Assembly: GCA_965261255.1 (NCBI GenBank)
Contig: CBDHCQ010000004.1
Span: 3,150,604-3,214,603, forward strand
From: Rhodothermales bacterium
Lineage (GTDB): Bacteria; Bacteroidota; Rhodothermia; Rhodothermales; Bin80
DNA length: 64,000 bases
Direction of reading: 5' to 3'
Under the pieces are notes generated by a model that worked only from the letters and a program-made list of their open reading frames with translations, made no database searches and was not told the origin of the DNA. Positions 48,102-57,318 of this stretch are shown here, one piece after another. The position numbers and the translations under genes were made by a program. Numbering within the stretch: position 1 is the stretch's first letter; each line of letters opens with the position of its first letter.

Positions 48102-48137
48102 TTGCCGTATGATCGCCTTGGTGCGATTATACGGCAA
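48102..48137 (-). promoter_or_regulatory. Putative promoter/operator of the Panacea module: 36-bp palindrome overlapping a TATAAT box
   Basis: Minus strand reads TGAACA-N18-TATAAT. TTGCCGTAT...ATACGGCAA are perfect 9-bp outer arms, with inner ATCGC/GCGAT arms. Sits 21-56 nt upstream of the ATG at 48081. Confidence 0.5.
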
Positions 48138-48149
48138 ATATTGTGTAAT

Positions 48150-48815
48150 TGTTCACATGTTGCGAACAGAATCTGGATAAAGTTCCCTCGAAATCGAAAA
48201 GATATCCACAAAATCCCTCCACGAAATTGCCTTCGTTAGAAATTCCTCCCCCCAGCACAACCACGCGCGCCAGTGATTCTTTCGCCTCCTCTAACAGGCC
48301 GTCAGGACGACTCTTTTATATTTCATGCCAGGCACTCTGGTGCATGCGCGTCACCCGCAGCATACTCCCCCGATCCTCCTCATAGTCGGCAAAGGGACCA
48401 ATCTTGGCGTTGGCTGCGATCTCTGCACTTCATGCATGGGCTTCTGCGTGCGTGACAGCCATAACCGCGCCAACCAAGGCGCGCCCATGATTGCTGTTAT
48501 ACGGCAGTCCTATGGATATGAGGAGTGATCCCAGATTGGCGAATCCAAGCCCCAACGGTCGGAATCGGTGGCTATTGTGGGCAATCTGCGATCATATCCT
48601 CTTTTTTCATTCGCTCCATGAGCTCCTTACACATTCTCGCTAGGCAGAAGCGGGGACCAAAGCCTCCTAGGTCAGGCAGCAGAATCAATCAAGCGGTTGG
48701 GCAAATGCTTCACGCCATTCGAAATGGGTTCGGACACGATTTCACACCAACAAGGGACCTCGATATGGTCAAGTGGTTCAACGTAAATAGCTGCCTGCAA
48801 ATCTTCATACCTAGA
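48150..48815 (-). pseudogene. Decayed gene, possibly the PEP-hydrolase-like TIM-barrel partner usually paired with Tm-1-like/UPF0261 genes
   Basis: No minus-strand ORF of 60 aa or more. Fragments in three frames read '...[14 protein letters not shown]...GLPYNSNHG...', '...VTRMHQSAW...', '...ARVVVLGGGISNEGNF...'. These resemble IIYNSGRFRMAGRGSLAGL.PYGDAN / VAHMGLTTG / IVLCHGGPIA.PEDA as recalled from memory. Confidence 0.3.
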
Positions 48816-48873
48816 TAGAAGGATTCATTTTTGGGGATCTTACTTTGATCACAACCGAACTTCACAGCACCTC

Positions 48874-50709
48874 CTACCAGGCGATGCCATAATCATCACC
48901 GTGATCACTTGCACCGCCCCACATCGTGCCGTGCTTGCGGTCGAACTCAATAGCGGTGATCGGCCCGCTGGTACGCGAGCTGAAGGTTAATGTATAGTTC
49001 ATGTCGCGAAGCTCCCGGCGCACCCAATCAGATACTCCATTATGCAGCAAGAGACGTCCCGGACGAATCTCGTGTTCACCGAAGGATCCCCGCATCTGGA
49101 AGCTGTTGATATTGGCGGCTTCCACAGCCTCCTGCACATTCATATCAAACTCAACAACATTCAGGAAAAACTGGAGCAGATTCTGATCCTGGCTGTCCCC
49201 ACCCTGTACTGCAAACGATAGATAGGGGAGTCCATCTTTAAGTGCCATTCCTGGCGTGAGCGTCGCGCGCGGGCGCTTGCCCGGTTCAGGCAGGTTGTAT
49301 GGATTTTCCGCGGGATCCAGGACAAAGCTTTGCATGCGTTGGCTTAGACCAATACCCGTTTCGCCTGCGATAACTGCAGGAATCCAGCCACCACTCGGCG
49401 TGATGGACACCACCCAGCCTTCTGCATCTGCGGCCTGAATGGAAGTTGTTCCGGCATAAAAGTCTGACTCATAAGAAACATCACTGCCATATCCATCATC
49501 TATGTCTGCTGACCACTCCTCCAGGTAGTGCAGATACGGGTTCTCTTCTCCTTGAAATGGGTATGGATCCCCAGGTTTAACCGCAGGATCATTCGCTTCC
49601 CAATTGATTGTTTCCAGACGCTCCTTAGCGTAGGCCTTGGACAACAGACCCTCCATTGGCTCGGCAGGAGGGAAATAGGGATCGCCGTAATAGAAATCCC
49701 GATCAGCAAACGTCATGTTCATCACCTGATACAAGAGATGAATGTATCGTGTACTGTTGTAACCCATTCGTTGCAGATCCACGTTTTCGAGCATATTGAG
49801 TGCTTGAAGCATGACCGGTCCCTGTACCCAGGAAGTGAGCTTGTAGACCTGAATTCCTTTATAGTCTGTCACAACCGGTTCTTCAATGTAAACCTGCCAG
49901 CGATCCAGGTCTTCCATTGTGATCAACCCACCCTGTTCCTGGGTTCCACGTACAAGCTCCTCGGCGATATCGCCCCTGTAGAAACGGTCATAGGCGGCAT
50001 ATATCGCTTCCTTTCGTGATTTTCCTGCTTCAAGCGCGGTGGATTCTGCTTCAACAAGCTTTCGTAGCGTTTCTGCCAGATCGGATTGGACGAACAGCTG
50101 CCCCTCTCTCGGTGCCTGATTTTCATCCTCCCTGTTCGGCAGATAAACCAAATCAGAGTAAGGCCATTCAGCAATGCGTTCGGCGTGGCTTTCAATAGAA
50201 CGTACAGCTGATCGTTCAATCGGATATCCCTCGGCCATCTGGATGCTGGGCTCAAGGACATCTTTCAGGCTCAAGGTGCCGTACTCGGCTAGCATAACCA
50301 TCAATCCGCCGGGCGTACCAGGCGTGACCGCTGCCAGTGGGCCATATTCTGGAGGATAATTAAGCTCCTGATCCTTAAAGAAGTCGGTTGTGGCACCCGT
50401 TGGTGCTACTCCCAAGGCATTGATGCCGAGCACCTTTTTCTGATTGGGATCATATATAATTGCCTGTGTTTCTCCGCCCCAGCTCAGCACATCCCACATT
50501 GTGCTGGTTGCGCCCAGCATAGCACAGGCCGCATCAACGGCGTTACCTCCTCGCGCGAACATCATAGCCCCAGCAGTAGCCCCTAAGGGCTTTCCAGTAA
50601 TGGCGACCCAGTGACGGCCATGTAAAACAGGTTTGGCCGTGCGCTGTGCCTGCACAGGTAAAGCAATAGCACAGCATAGAGCGAGTAATTGTATGCGATA
50701 TGAGAGCAT
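48874..50709 (-). CDS. ggt: Gamma-glutamyltransferase-family protein (secreted)
   Basis: Signal peptide. 'GGNAVDAA', autoprocessing 'GTTSIQAAD', ~610 aa. Confidence 0.85.
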   Translation of the reverse strand: MLSYRIQLLALCCAIALPVQAQRTAKPVLHGRHWVAITGKPLGATAGAMMFARGGNAVDAACAMLGATSTMWDVLSWGGETQAIIYDPNQKKVLGINALGVAPTGATTDFFKDQELNYPPEYGPLAAVTPGTPGGLMVMLAEYGTLSLKDVLEPSIQMAEGYPIERSAVRSIESHAERIAEWPYSDLVYLPNREDENQAPREGQLFVQSDLAETLRKLVEAESTALEAGKSRKEAIYAAYDRFYRGDIAEELVRGTQEQGGLITMEDLDRWQVYIEEPVVTDYKGIQVYKLTSWVQGPVMLQALNMLENVDLQRMGYNSTRYIHLLYQVMNMTFADRDFYYGDPYFPPAEPMEGLLSKAYAKERLETINWEANDPAVKPGDPYPFQGEENPYLHYLEEWSADIDDGYGSDVSYESDFYAGTTSIQAADAEGWVVSITPSGGWIPAVIAGETGIGLSQRMQSFVLDPAENPYNLPEPGKRPRATLTPGMALKDGLPYLSFAVQGGDSQDQNLLQFFLNVVEFDMNVQEAVEAANINSFQMRGSFGEHEIRPGRLLLHNGVSDWVRRELRDMNYTLTFSSRTSGPITAIEFDRKHGTMWGGASDHGDDYGIAW

Positions 50710-51001
50710 GGGGATTAGGAATATGAGACAAAAATCTACGCTAAAACAAAATGACCGACAAACTTGAGGAAAACGAAAGCTGGCTTATCAACACATAACC
50801 GGCCCAACACAGACTCAGGATGATTCTCCGCTGTATGAGTATGTGATGGGGACTATGTATGCAAACCGAAATAGTCTGCCAGCTTAACTCCTCCCCAATA
50901 TAGTTATCCGTCCCCTCTCTGATGAAGTGGTCAAACAATAACAGAAAGCTCTTGTGTCCCCAATTACAAGTTCGGTTAGATAATCCGTCAGATCAACGAG
51001 G

Positions 51002-52255
51002 CTAGAGTTTGCACCGCGCTGATTCAGATTGGGACAGATTTGGCAAAACGTGTCCCATTCGGTCACGTTTTGTGCGCAGGTAATTCGCATTTTCCTCATT
51101 GGGAGGAATTTCAATCGGCACACAGTCAACAATTTCCAGCCCGTATCCGTCTAGTCCTATACGCTTGGTTGGGTTATTGGTCATCAACTTCAACTTACGT
51201 ATGCCTAGATCGCGAAGAATCTGGCAACCGATGCCGTAATCCCGGTGATCCATGTCAAAGCCCAGCGCCTCATTGGCCTCCACCGTATCCAGCCCCTCCC
51301 GATCCTGCAATTCGTAAGCGCGCAGTTTATTCAGGAGACCGATTCCGCGTCCTTCCTGCTTCATGTAAAGCACTACGCCTTTACCTTCGGCCGCTACCCG
51401 TCGTATTGCAGTTTGAAGTTGGTCCCCGCAATCGCATCGAATGGATCCGAACAGATCACCGGTCACACACTGTGAGTGTACTCGAGTCAGAACAGCTTCA
51501 TCTTCCGTCCACGAGCCCTTCAGCAGAGCCAAGTGGACGTCACCGTTTGTTACATCCTCGAAAGCTATCAGGTTAAAAATGCCATACTGTGTCGGAAGCC
51601 GAACAGAAGCTTCACGACGAATCAGGGAACGTCGTGCCATGCGGAAGGCCACCAGATCACTGACGGTCACGATTCGCATGTTATGCTCGCCGGCTATGCG
51701 CAACAACTCGGGCGTCCGCGCCATAGTGCCGTCCGAGTTCATAATCTCGACAAGTACTCCCACCGGCGGCATTTCAGCGAGCCGTACAAGATCAACTGTT
51801 GCTTCCGTATGTCCCGTTCTACGAAGAACGCCACCGTCGCGGGCAATTAACGGAAAGACATGTCCTGGCCGTGCAAAATCAGTCGCTGTCGACTTGGGAT
51901 CCGCAAGGGCCCGAATAGTCGCTGCCCGATCCGCTGCGCTAATACCTGTGGATGTTCCGTGGGAATAGTCCACCGATACAGTAAAGGGGGTACTGAAGAG
52001 GCTGGTGTTTTCCTCCACCATTAGGTCGAGATTGAGCTCGGACGCACGCTCAGCACCCATGGGGGTGCAGATAAGTCCCCGCCCCTCCCTAGCCATGAAA
52101 TTCACGAGCTCAGGGGTAACGGTCGCAGCAGCCCCTACGAAATCTCCTTCATTTTCGCGGTCCTCGTCATCAACCACGATCACTAAGCGGCCAGCACGTA
52201 TATCCGCAATAGCAGATTCAATTGAATCAAACGCACTTGTGCCCGGAGCCCCCAT
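51002..52255 (-). CDS. ribBA: Bifunctional 3,4-dihydroxy-2-butanone-4-phosphate synthase / GTP cyclohydrolase II
   Basis: 'VVDDEDRENEGDFV' (RibB) and 'RVHSQCVTGDLFGSIRCDCG' (RibA). Confidence 0.95.
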   Translation of the reverse strand: MGAPGTSAFDSIESAIADIRAGRLVIVVDDEDRENEGDFVGAAATVTPELVNFMAREGRGLICTPMGAERASELNLDLMVEENTSLFSTPFTVSVDYSHGTSTGISAADRAATIRALADPKSTATDFARPGHVFPLIARDGGVLRRTGHTEATVDLVRLAEMPPVGVLVEIMNSDGTMARTPELLRIAGEHNMRIVTVSDLVAFRMARRSLIRREASVRLPTQYGIFNLIAFEDVTNGDVHLALLKGSWTEDEAVLTRVHSQCVTGDLFGSIRCDCGDQLQTAIRRVAAEGKGVVLYMKQEGRGIGLLNKLRAYELQDREGLDTVEANEALGFDMDHRDYGIGCQILRDLGIRKLKLMTNNPTKRIGLDGYGLEIVDCVPIEIPPNEENANYLRTKRDRMGHVLPNLSQSESARCKL

Positions 52256-52265
52256 CAGGAATCGC

Positions 52266-52592
52266 TCAGGTATTTACCGAGGCAAGAGAATTCTTTTCGA
52301 TACGAAGCTTGACACCCCCATCTACGTCCAACAAAACGCTGCTTTCGTCTACTTGGTGAACCTTTCCGTGAATTCCACCAGCGGTTACGACTTTATTTCC
52401 TCTCTGTACAGCTTGTATCATCGCCTTGCGTTTTTTCTCGCGCTTCTGCTGGGGCCTGATGATGAAGAGGTAAAAGACGACAAAGATGAGAAGAAGCGGT
52501 AGAAACATCCCGAGGCCTCCAAAGCCGGGAGAGCCTGATGACTCTTGGAGTATGACTGCGATTGACCAGTACATGAATAACATTGGAATCAA
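52266..52592 (-). CDS. yajC: Preprotein translocase subunit YajC
   Basis: Single TM followed by 'RPQQKREKKRKAMIQAVQRGNKVVTAGGIHGKV'. The start could be one of several in-frame Met codons. Confidence 0.85.
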   Translation of the reverse strand: MIPMLFMYWSIAVILQESSGSPGFGGLGMFLPLLLIFVVFYLFIIRPQQKREKKRKAMIQAVQRGNKVVTAGGIHGKVHQVDESSVLLDVDGGVKLRIEKNSLASVNT

Positions 52593-52609
52593 GGAGTTAT
52601 AAAAAAGAA

Positions 52610-52706
52610 GGGTAAGCTACCCGCATCGCGTCGCTTCGACCTCTTACCGCTGCTGCCTTCCGGCCCTGACGGGGTTCAGAGGGAGCTGACCGTGCGGGAC
52701 TCACCC
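52610..52706 (-). ncRNA. ffs: Signal recognition particle RNA (4.5S/small SRP RNA)
   Basis: Minus strand reads GGGUGAGUCCCGCA...GUCAGGGCCGGAAGGCAGCAGC...UGCGGGUAGCUUACCC. Conserved domain IV motif with a GGAA tetraloop (compare E. coli GUCAGGUCCGGAAGGAAGCAGC). 5'/3' ends pair. Followed by UUCUUUUUU. Confidence 0.8.
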
Positions 52707-52750
52707 TTCGGGCCGGTTTACCATCCATACCTATGACGGTTCCTGCATAA

Positions 52751-55219
52751 TCAGACTTGCTCGAGCGCATCAACGTTAACGGACGCGTAAAGATTGGGCA
52801 TAGATGATGGTGCCATTCTCATAACCGTGCGCACATCCTCGTGCAGATTACGGTATGTTTTGGGTGCCTTGATAATCAGAAAATAGCGATACTGATGTTC
52901 AACGCGCTCAATATACGGCTGCTCAGGCCCCAGTACAGATACGGTGGATGGTAATTGCTCAAAGAGCAACTCCCGCCATTTTTCCGCCAGACGTTCAACC
53001 TTCTGCTTGGGCGCACCTCGAATCTGGACGCCCATGATTCGTCCAGACGGCGGATAACCCAGCGTTGCCCGTTCCTTCAACAGCTTTTGTGCATAGCCAT
53101 CAAAGTCGTGTGCCTTCAGGAATGAAAACATTGGATGTTTCGGACGCCGCGTTTGTAACAGAACCTCTCCTGGTAAATCAGCTCTCCCTGCTCTTCCAGC
53201 AACTTGCATCAGTAATTGAAATGTCCGTTCCTCGCTCCGAAAATCTGGAAGACGAAGACCTACATCACAGTTGATCACACCAACCAGCGTTACGCGACCA
53301 AAGTCCAGTCCCTTGGCGACCATTTGGGTACCAATCAGAATGTCTGCCTCATTTTTTGCAAAAGCGTTCAGGATTTTATGATGAGCATTTTTGCTCTGTG
53401 TACTGTCACGATCCATACGCAGGATCCGGGCATCCCTGAAAAGTTCGCTGAGATCTTGGAAAACACGCTGTGTACCACTGCCCAGTGGAGCAAAGGCCGC
53501 TGCACCGCATTTGGGACAACTGACCGGTGGATTGCGTACGAATCCACAGTAATGACATTTCAACTGCTGCTTTACCTGGTGGTAGGTCATGGATACACTG
53601 CAGGCTATGCATTGAGGCACAAATCCACAGTTCTGGCACTCAAATATCGGTGCGAACCCACGACGATTTTGTAATAGAATTACCTGCTCTTTGCGCTCCA
53701 GACGAGATCCAATAGCCTGGATGAGAGGCGTCGACAAGGCGCCGTAGAGACCATTATTATCGCGCTCCTCACAGAGGTCAATCACTCGAATACTGGGAAG
53801 TGCTGCTGCTGCGCGCCCCTGGGTAGGTACTCGATCCGGCATAGTCAGAAGTGTGTATTTCCCCTGCTTTACGTTGGTCAGGCTTTCCAGGGAAGGGGTT
53901 GCGGAGCCGAGTATACAAACGGCCTGCCGCATTCTTGCGCGCATGACGGCAACATCTCTGGCGTGGTAGCGCGGAGCAGGATCCATCTGCTTATAAGATT
54001 CATCGTGTTCTTCATCCACGATGATCAGGCCAAGGTTCTGTATCGGCGCCAATATCGCGGACCGGGGACCGATCACGACACGGTAGCGATCAGCACGAAT
54101 CTGGTCCCAGACATCGTACCGTTCACCCGGAGCCATACGGGAATGCAAGACCGCTACAGTATTTCCAAAGCGACTACGGAAGCGTTGCACGGTTTGCGGG
54201 GTGAGTGAGATTTCGGGCACAAGTACTATAGCAGTACGATTAAGGGCGAACGTTTTTTCGAGTGCCGCCAGATAGACTTCAGTCTTTCCACTCCCTGTTA
54301 CACCGTGCAAAACGTAAGTGCGATACTCCTGTGTCTCAATGGCTTCGTGCAGAACCTCCACGGCCCTGGCCTGGGATTTATGGAATACCGGCGCTTTGCT
54401 GGGTGAGATGTCCGCAGGTCGCATCCATTCCGGGATCCTGAATACCCTCTTTTCAATAATCGCAAGGATGCCTCGTTGTTCAAGTGTTATAATGGTCTGG
54501 AGACCGGCATTGCAGTTTTGTCGCACATCAGCCAGTAATGGTTCTGTATTCCCGGATTCCACGCAACGAATCAATTCCTGAATTACGGCTTTTTGTTTCG
54601 TACCGCGAAGCTGGGGAAGCAGGTCACGCAGTGCAGCGGCCGTCCTGAATGCATGTGCGAGCGATATGAATCTGTCCATCTTTGCTCGCACCTTCGGGTT
54701 CTCAAGTTCGACTTTGCGCCGTAGAGCCCCCTGTTTTTCTGCTGTTGTAAGCTCCTCTTCAGAGATACGCAGGCCAACCCGTTTGAGTCGAGCAGCGGTT
54801 GCCCTGCGGTTTTTTACCATATACTCATAAAGGCCGTAAGAAATGTTTTCCCAGGCTGCACGCGATTCGGAGTCCAGATAAAAGATGACTTTTTCCCTTG
54901 TCCGCATGCCTGCCGGAAGCGCTGCGTGGAGAGCTTCCCCCCAGGCACACAGATAGTAGCGGGCTATCCAGCGCGTAAGCTCAAGCAATTCAGCGTTTAC
55001 GACCGGTTCGTCACAGACGACGTCCCTTACCCTTCTGAGGTTTACTTCTGGACGAACGACTACATCCAGTTCAGTCACGATTGCCGTATAGAGACGTGTG
55101 CGCACCGGAACCAGCACCAGGGAGCCTATGCTCACTGATGCTTCAAGTACCCCCGGCAGTTCATAGGTATACTCCTTGACTACGGGAATTGGTAGTGCAA
55201 CACGAACCGTGCGCAACAT
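52751..55219 (-). CDS. priA: Primosomal protein N' (replication restart helicase)
   Basis: 'LHGVTGSGKTEVY', 'DEEHD', Cys-rich zinc-binding insert (CQNCG...CIAC...CHYCG...CPKCG), ~820 aa. Confidence 0.95.
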   Translation of the reverse strand: MLRTVRVALPIPVVKEYTYELPGVLEASVSIGSLVLVPVRTRLYTAIVTELDVVVRPEVNLRRVRDVVCDEPVVNAELLELTRWIARYYLCAWGEALHAALPAGMRTREKVIFYLDSESRAAWENISYGLYEYMVKNRRATAARLKRVGLRISEEELTTAEKQGALRRKVELENPKVRAKMDRFISLAHAFRTAAALRDLLPQLRGTKQKAVIQELIRCVESGNTEPLLADVRQNCNAGLQTIITLEQRGILAIIEKRVFRIPEWMRPADISPSKAPVFHKSQARAVEVLHEAIETQEYRTYVLHGVTGSGKTEVYLAALEKTFALNRTAIVLVPEISLTPQTVQRFRSRFGNTVAVLHSRMAPGERYDVWDQIRADRYRVVIGPRSAILAPIQNLGLIIVDEEHDESYKQMDPAPRYHARDVAVMRARMRQAVCILGSATPSLESLTNVKQGKYTLLTMPDRVPTQGRAAAALPSIRVIDLCEERDNNGLYGALSTPLIQAIGSRLERKEQVILLQNRRGFAPIFECQNCGFVPQCIACSVSMTYHQVKQQLKCHYCGFVRNPPVSCPKCGAAAFAPLGSGTQRVFQDLSELFRDARILRMDRDSTQSKNAHHKILNAFAKNEADILIGTQMVAKGLDFGRVTLVGVINCDVGLRLPDFRSEERTFQLLMQVAGRAGRADLPGEVLLQTRRPKHPMFSFLKAHDFDGYAQKLLKERATLGYPPSGRIMGVQIRGAPKQKVERLAEKWRELLFEQLPSTVSVLGPEQPYIERVEHQYRYFLIIKAPKTYRNLHEDVRTVMRMAPSSMPNLYASVNVDALEQV

Positions 55220-55226
55220 TGGTGCG

Positions 55227-55817
55227 CTATTTCTGGGAGGGACCTTTGTTCGGGTCGAAAAGCATACCGGTGCAGAGGCACATTTTACGCTTCATTCGCT
55301 CAAGGACATCGTAATTGGGGCAGCTTTGGCAGCCCTGCCAGAACTCGTCATCATTGGTGAGTTCGCTGAACGTCACCGGCTCATACCCTAGATCCGAGTT
55401 GATCTTCATGACAGCAAGACTGGTCGTGATGCCAAACAACTTGGCCTCCGGGTAAAGCGTCCTTGAAAGCTCAAAGGCTTTACGCTTGATACGACGGGCA
55501 ATTCCTTTTTTACGGAACTGTGGGGATACGATCAGACCTGAGTTGACCGCATATTTGCCGTGGTCCCACGTCTCAATGTAGCAAAAACCAGCCACCTCAT
55601 CATCCCCAAGTGCAATTACTGCCTTGCCTTCTGCCATTTTTTCCCGAATATACTCTGGGGCCCGCCTGGCTATACCGGTACCGCGCTGCGCCGCCGCCTC
55701 TTTTATCAGAAGGCATATTTCGTGGGCAAACCGAAAATGTTCGGGCGTAGCAATGTAAATTTCGACAGATGCCGAATCTTCTACAACAGGAAGTTCTATG
55801 GGGAGGTTGCTGATCAC
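55227..55817 (-). CDS. GNAT-family N-acetyltransferase with Cys-rich C-terminal tail
   Basis: 'LIVSPQFRKKGIARRIKRKAFELS' acetyl-CoA motif A. C-terminal 'WQGCQSCPNYD...CLCTGM'. Confidence 0.8.
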   Translation of the reverse strand: MISNLPIELPVVEDSASVEIYIATPEHFRFAHEICLLIKEAAAQRGTGIARRAPEYIREKMAEGKAVIALGDDEVAGFCYIETWDHGKYAVNSGLIVSPQFRKKGIARRIKRKAFELSRTLYPEAKLFGITTSLAVMKINSDLGYEPVTFSELTNDDEFWQGCQSCPNYDVLERMKRKMCLCTGMLFDPNKGPSQK

Positions 55818-55933
55818 TGATATAGCCGAATGTTAGTCGGCCGTCTAAGCGTAAAACATGTATGTGTTCCATGTGAACGCAAAAGATTTATGATGCGTTC
55901 ATACACAGGTTAAACTCATTAAATTGATTTTTG

Positions 55934-56101
55934 ATGGAAGAGTGTCCGTCATGTGCTATTGAGGTGGCCCGTAAAATGCAGGTATGTCCCTATTGCGGTT
56001 ATGAATTCCCGCGGCAAAGCAACAGCCGCACACTCATGGCTTGGATCATGGCAATCCTTCTTGCCTGGCCTCTGTTTGAAGTCATAAAACTGATTTTTTG
56101 A
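55934..56101 (+). CDS. Small zinc-ribbon + TM protein (55 aa), absent from the ORF track (<60 aa)
   Basis: MEECPSCAIEVARKMQVCPYCGYEFPRQSNSRTLMAWIMAILLAWPLFEVIKLIF*: CxxC...CxxC followed by a hydrophobic helix. Confidence 0.45.
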   Translation: MEECPSCAIEVARKMQVCPYCGYEFPRQSNSRTLMAWIMAILLAWPLFEVIKLIF

Positions 56102-56367
56102 TATTATTGCGGTACGTAATCTTTGCAACTCGTATGTGCGACGGCTGGCATCAGCGCACCTTGGTGATTCGCTGCACTTTCAATAGACCTCCTTTGGTGG
56201 AAAACTTCGGACATAGCCACTCAAAATGAGTTTGGTCTGTATATCGCTGATCGTCAAAAGTCGTGCAGGAAAAGCTCAAATCAGTCGAGTGTCATGTGAT
56301 TAAAATATCGAAGCCGGGCAGCTCAATAATATTTCCCGTTTTTCTGGATAAATTTGGAAGGAGAATT

Positions 56368-56667
56368 ATGGAGTCGGTTGTCACATATACGGTCAACTTG
56401 ATTGCTCAATGCAAGGCAGAACAATATGACGTGTCAATGGCACAGACCATCTGTCGGACGAATGAATATCTGAGCTCAAATCATGCTGCAATCGTTAATG
56501 ATGTTAGAAAACACGACATTGAAGTAAGCTTCGGGAATAGTCACATTGACTCTTCAAGTTTGCGCCTTCGAAGGTCTACCAATGCGTTGATCATCAAGAG
56601 AACCAGGGAGTACGGCAACCGAAAAAGATTGAGTAGAACGATTGACCGAAACATGCCCGCATTTTGA
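56368..56667 (+). CDS. Hypothetical protein (99 aa)
   Basis: ATG 56368 is preceded by GGAAGGAG. AT-richer region. No motif recognised. Confidence 0.4.
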   Translation: MESVVTYTVNLIAQCKAEQYDVSMAQTICRTNEYLSSNHAAIVNDVRKHDIEVSFGNSHIDSSSLRLRRSTNALIIKRTREYGNRKRLSRTIDRNMPAF

Positions 56668-56760
56668 CATGATGAAATCGCATTACTATAGCAAGTCTAC
56701 TAGATGTCGCGGCAATTCCGATGGTGAACGGGGCCTTTTTCGAAGTTGAAAAGAAAACCA

Positions 56761-57318
56761 ATGGATCAATCATGGAAATGCACGGAACGAAAGTATCTTG
56801 GCGATTTTAAGGTATTCAAGGTGCGCCAGGACGACTGCGTGTCACCTCGAACCGGGCGCACGCACAAGTTTTTTGTGTTAGACACGCCAGACTGGGTTAC
56901 AATTGTTCCAGTAACTACCAGCGGTGAGCTTATTTGCATAAAACAATGGCGACCAGGCACAGGAACCGTTGAACTGGAGTTACCAGGGGGCATCGTTGAT
57001 CCGGGTGAGTTGCCCCTGGAAGCTGCAAAACGTGAACTTCGGGAAGAAACAGGTTACGTGTCAAAAACGCTCGATCCAATAGGCTCAATGGCTCCCAATC
57101 CCGCGATCACAACGAATCGGTGTCATTTTTTTCTGGCCAGAGATGCAACTCCGACAGGCAAACAAAAGCTGGATCCAGGCGAAGATATTATCATTAATCT
57201 GGTTAATGTGCATGACGTGCCACGACTCATTACTGCCGGAATACTTCGACATGGCATCATCATAGCCGCACTTTATCACTACGAGCTATACTTGAAAAGT
57301 GGAAGAACAGGAAAATAA
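56761..57318 (+). CDS. NUDIX hydrolase (ADP-ribose pyrophosphatase-like)
   Basis: Nudix box 'GGIVDPGELPLEAAKRELREETGY'. ATG 56761 preferred over the track TTG at 56746. Confidence 0.85.
   Translation: MDQSWKCTERKYLGDFKVFKVRQDDCVSPRTGRTHKFFVLDTPDWVTIVPVTTSGELICIKQWRPGTGTVELELPGGIVDPGELPLEAAKRELREETGYVSKTLDPIGSMAPNPAITTNRCHFFLARDATPTGKQKLDPGEDIIINLVNVHDVPRLITAGILRHGIIIAALYHYELYLKSGRTGK

Noticed and set aside
48149-48818. Plus-strand ORFs 48149-48385, 48273-48455, 48325-48528 and 48525-48818
   Set aside because: They are mutually overlapping, Ser/Pro/Arg-rich and motif-free. The opposite strand carries frame-hopping similarity to a real enzyme family, so they are most likely antisense artefacts of a pseudogene.
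52256-52265. Expected FMN riboswitch upstream of ribBA
   Set aside because: Only 10 nt separate ribBA from yajC, and no FMN-element-like sequence is present. ribBA appears to be co-transcribed with yajC.
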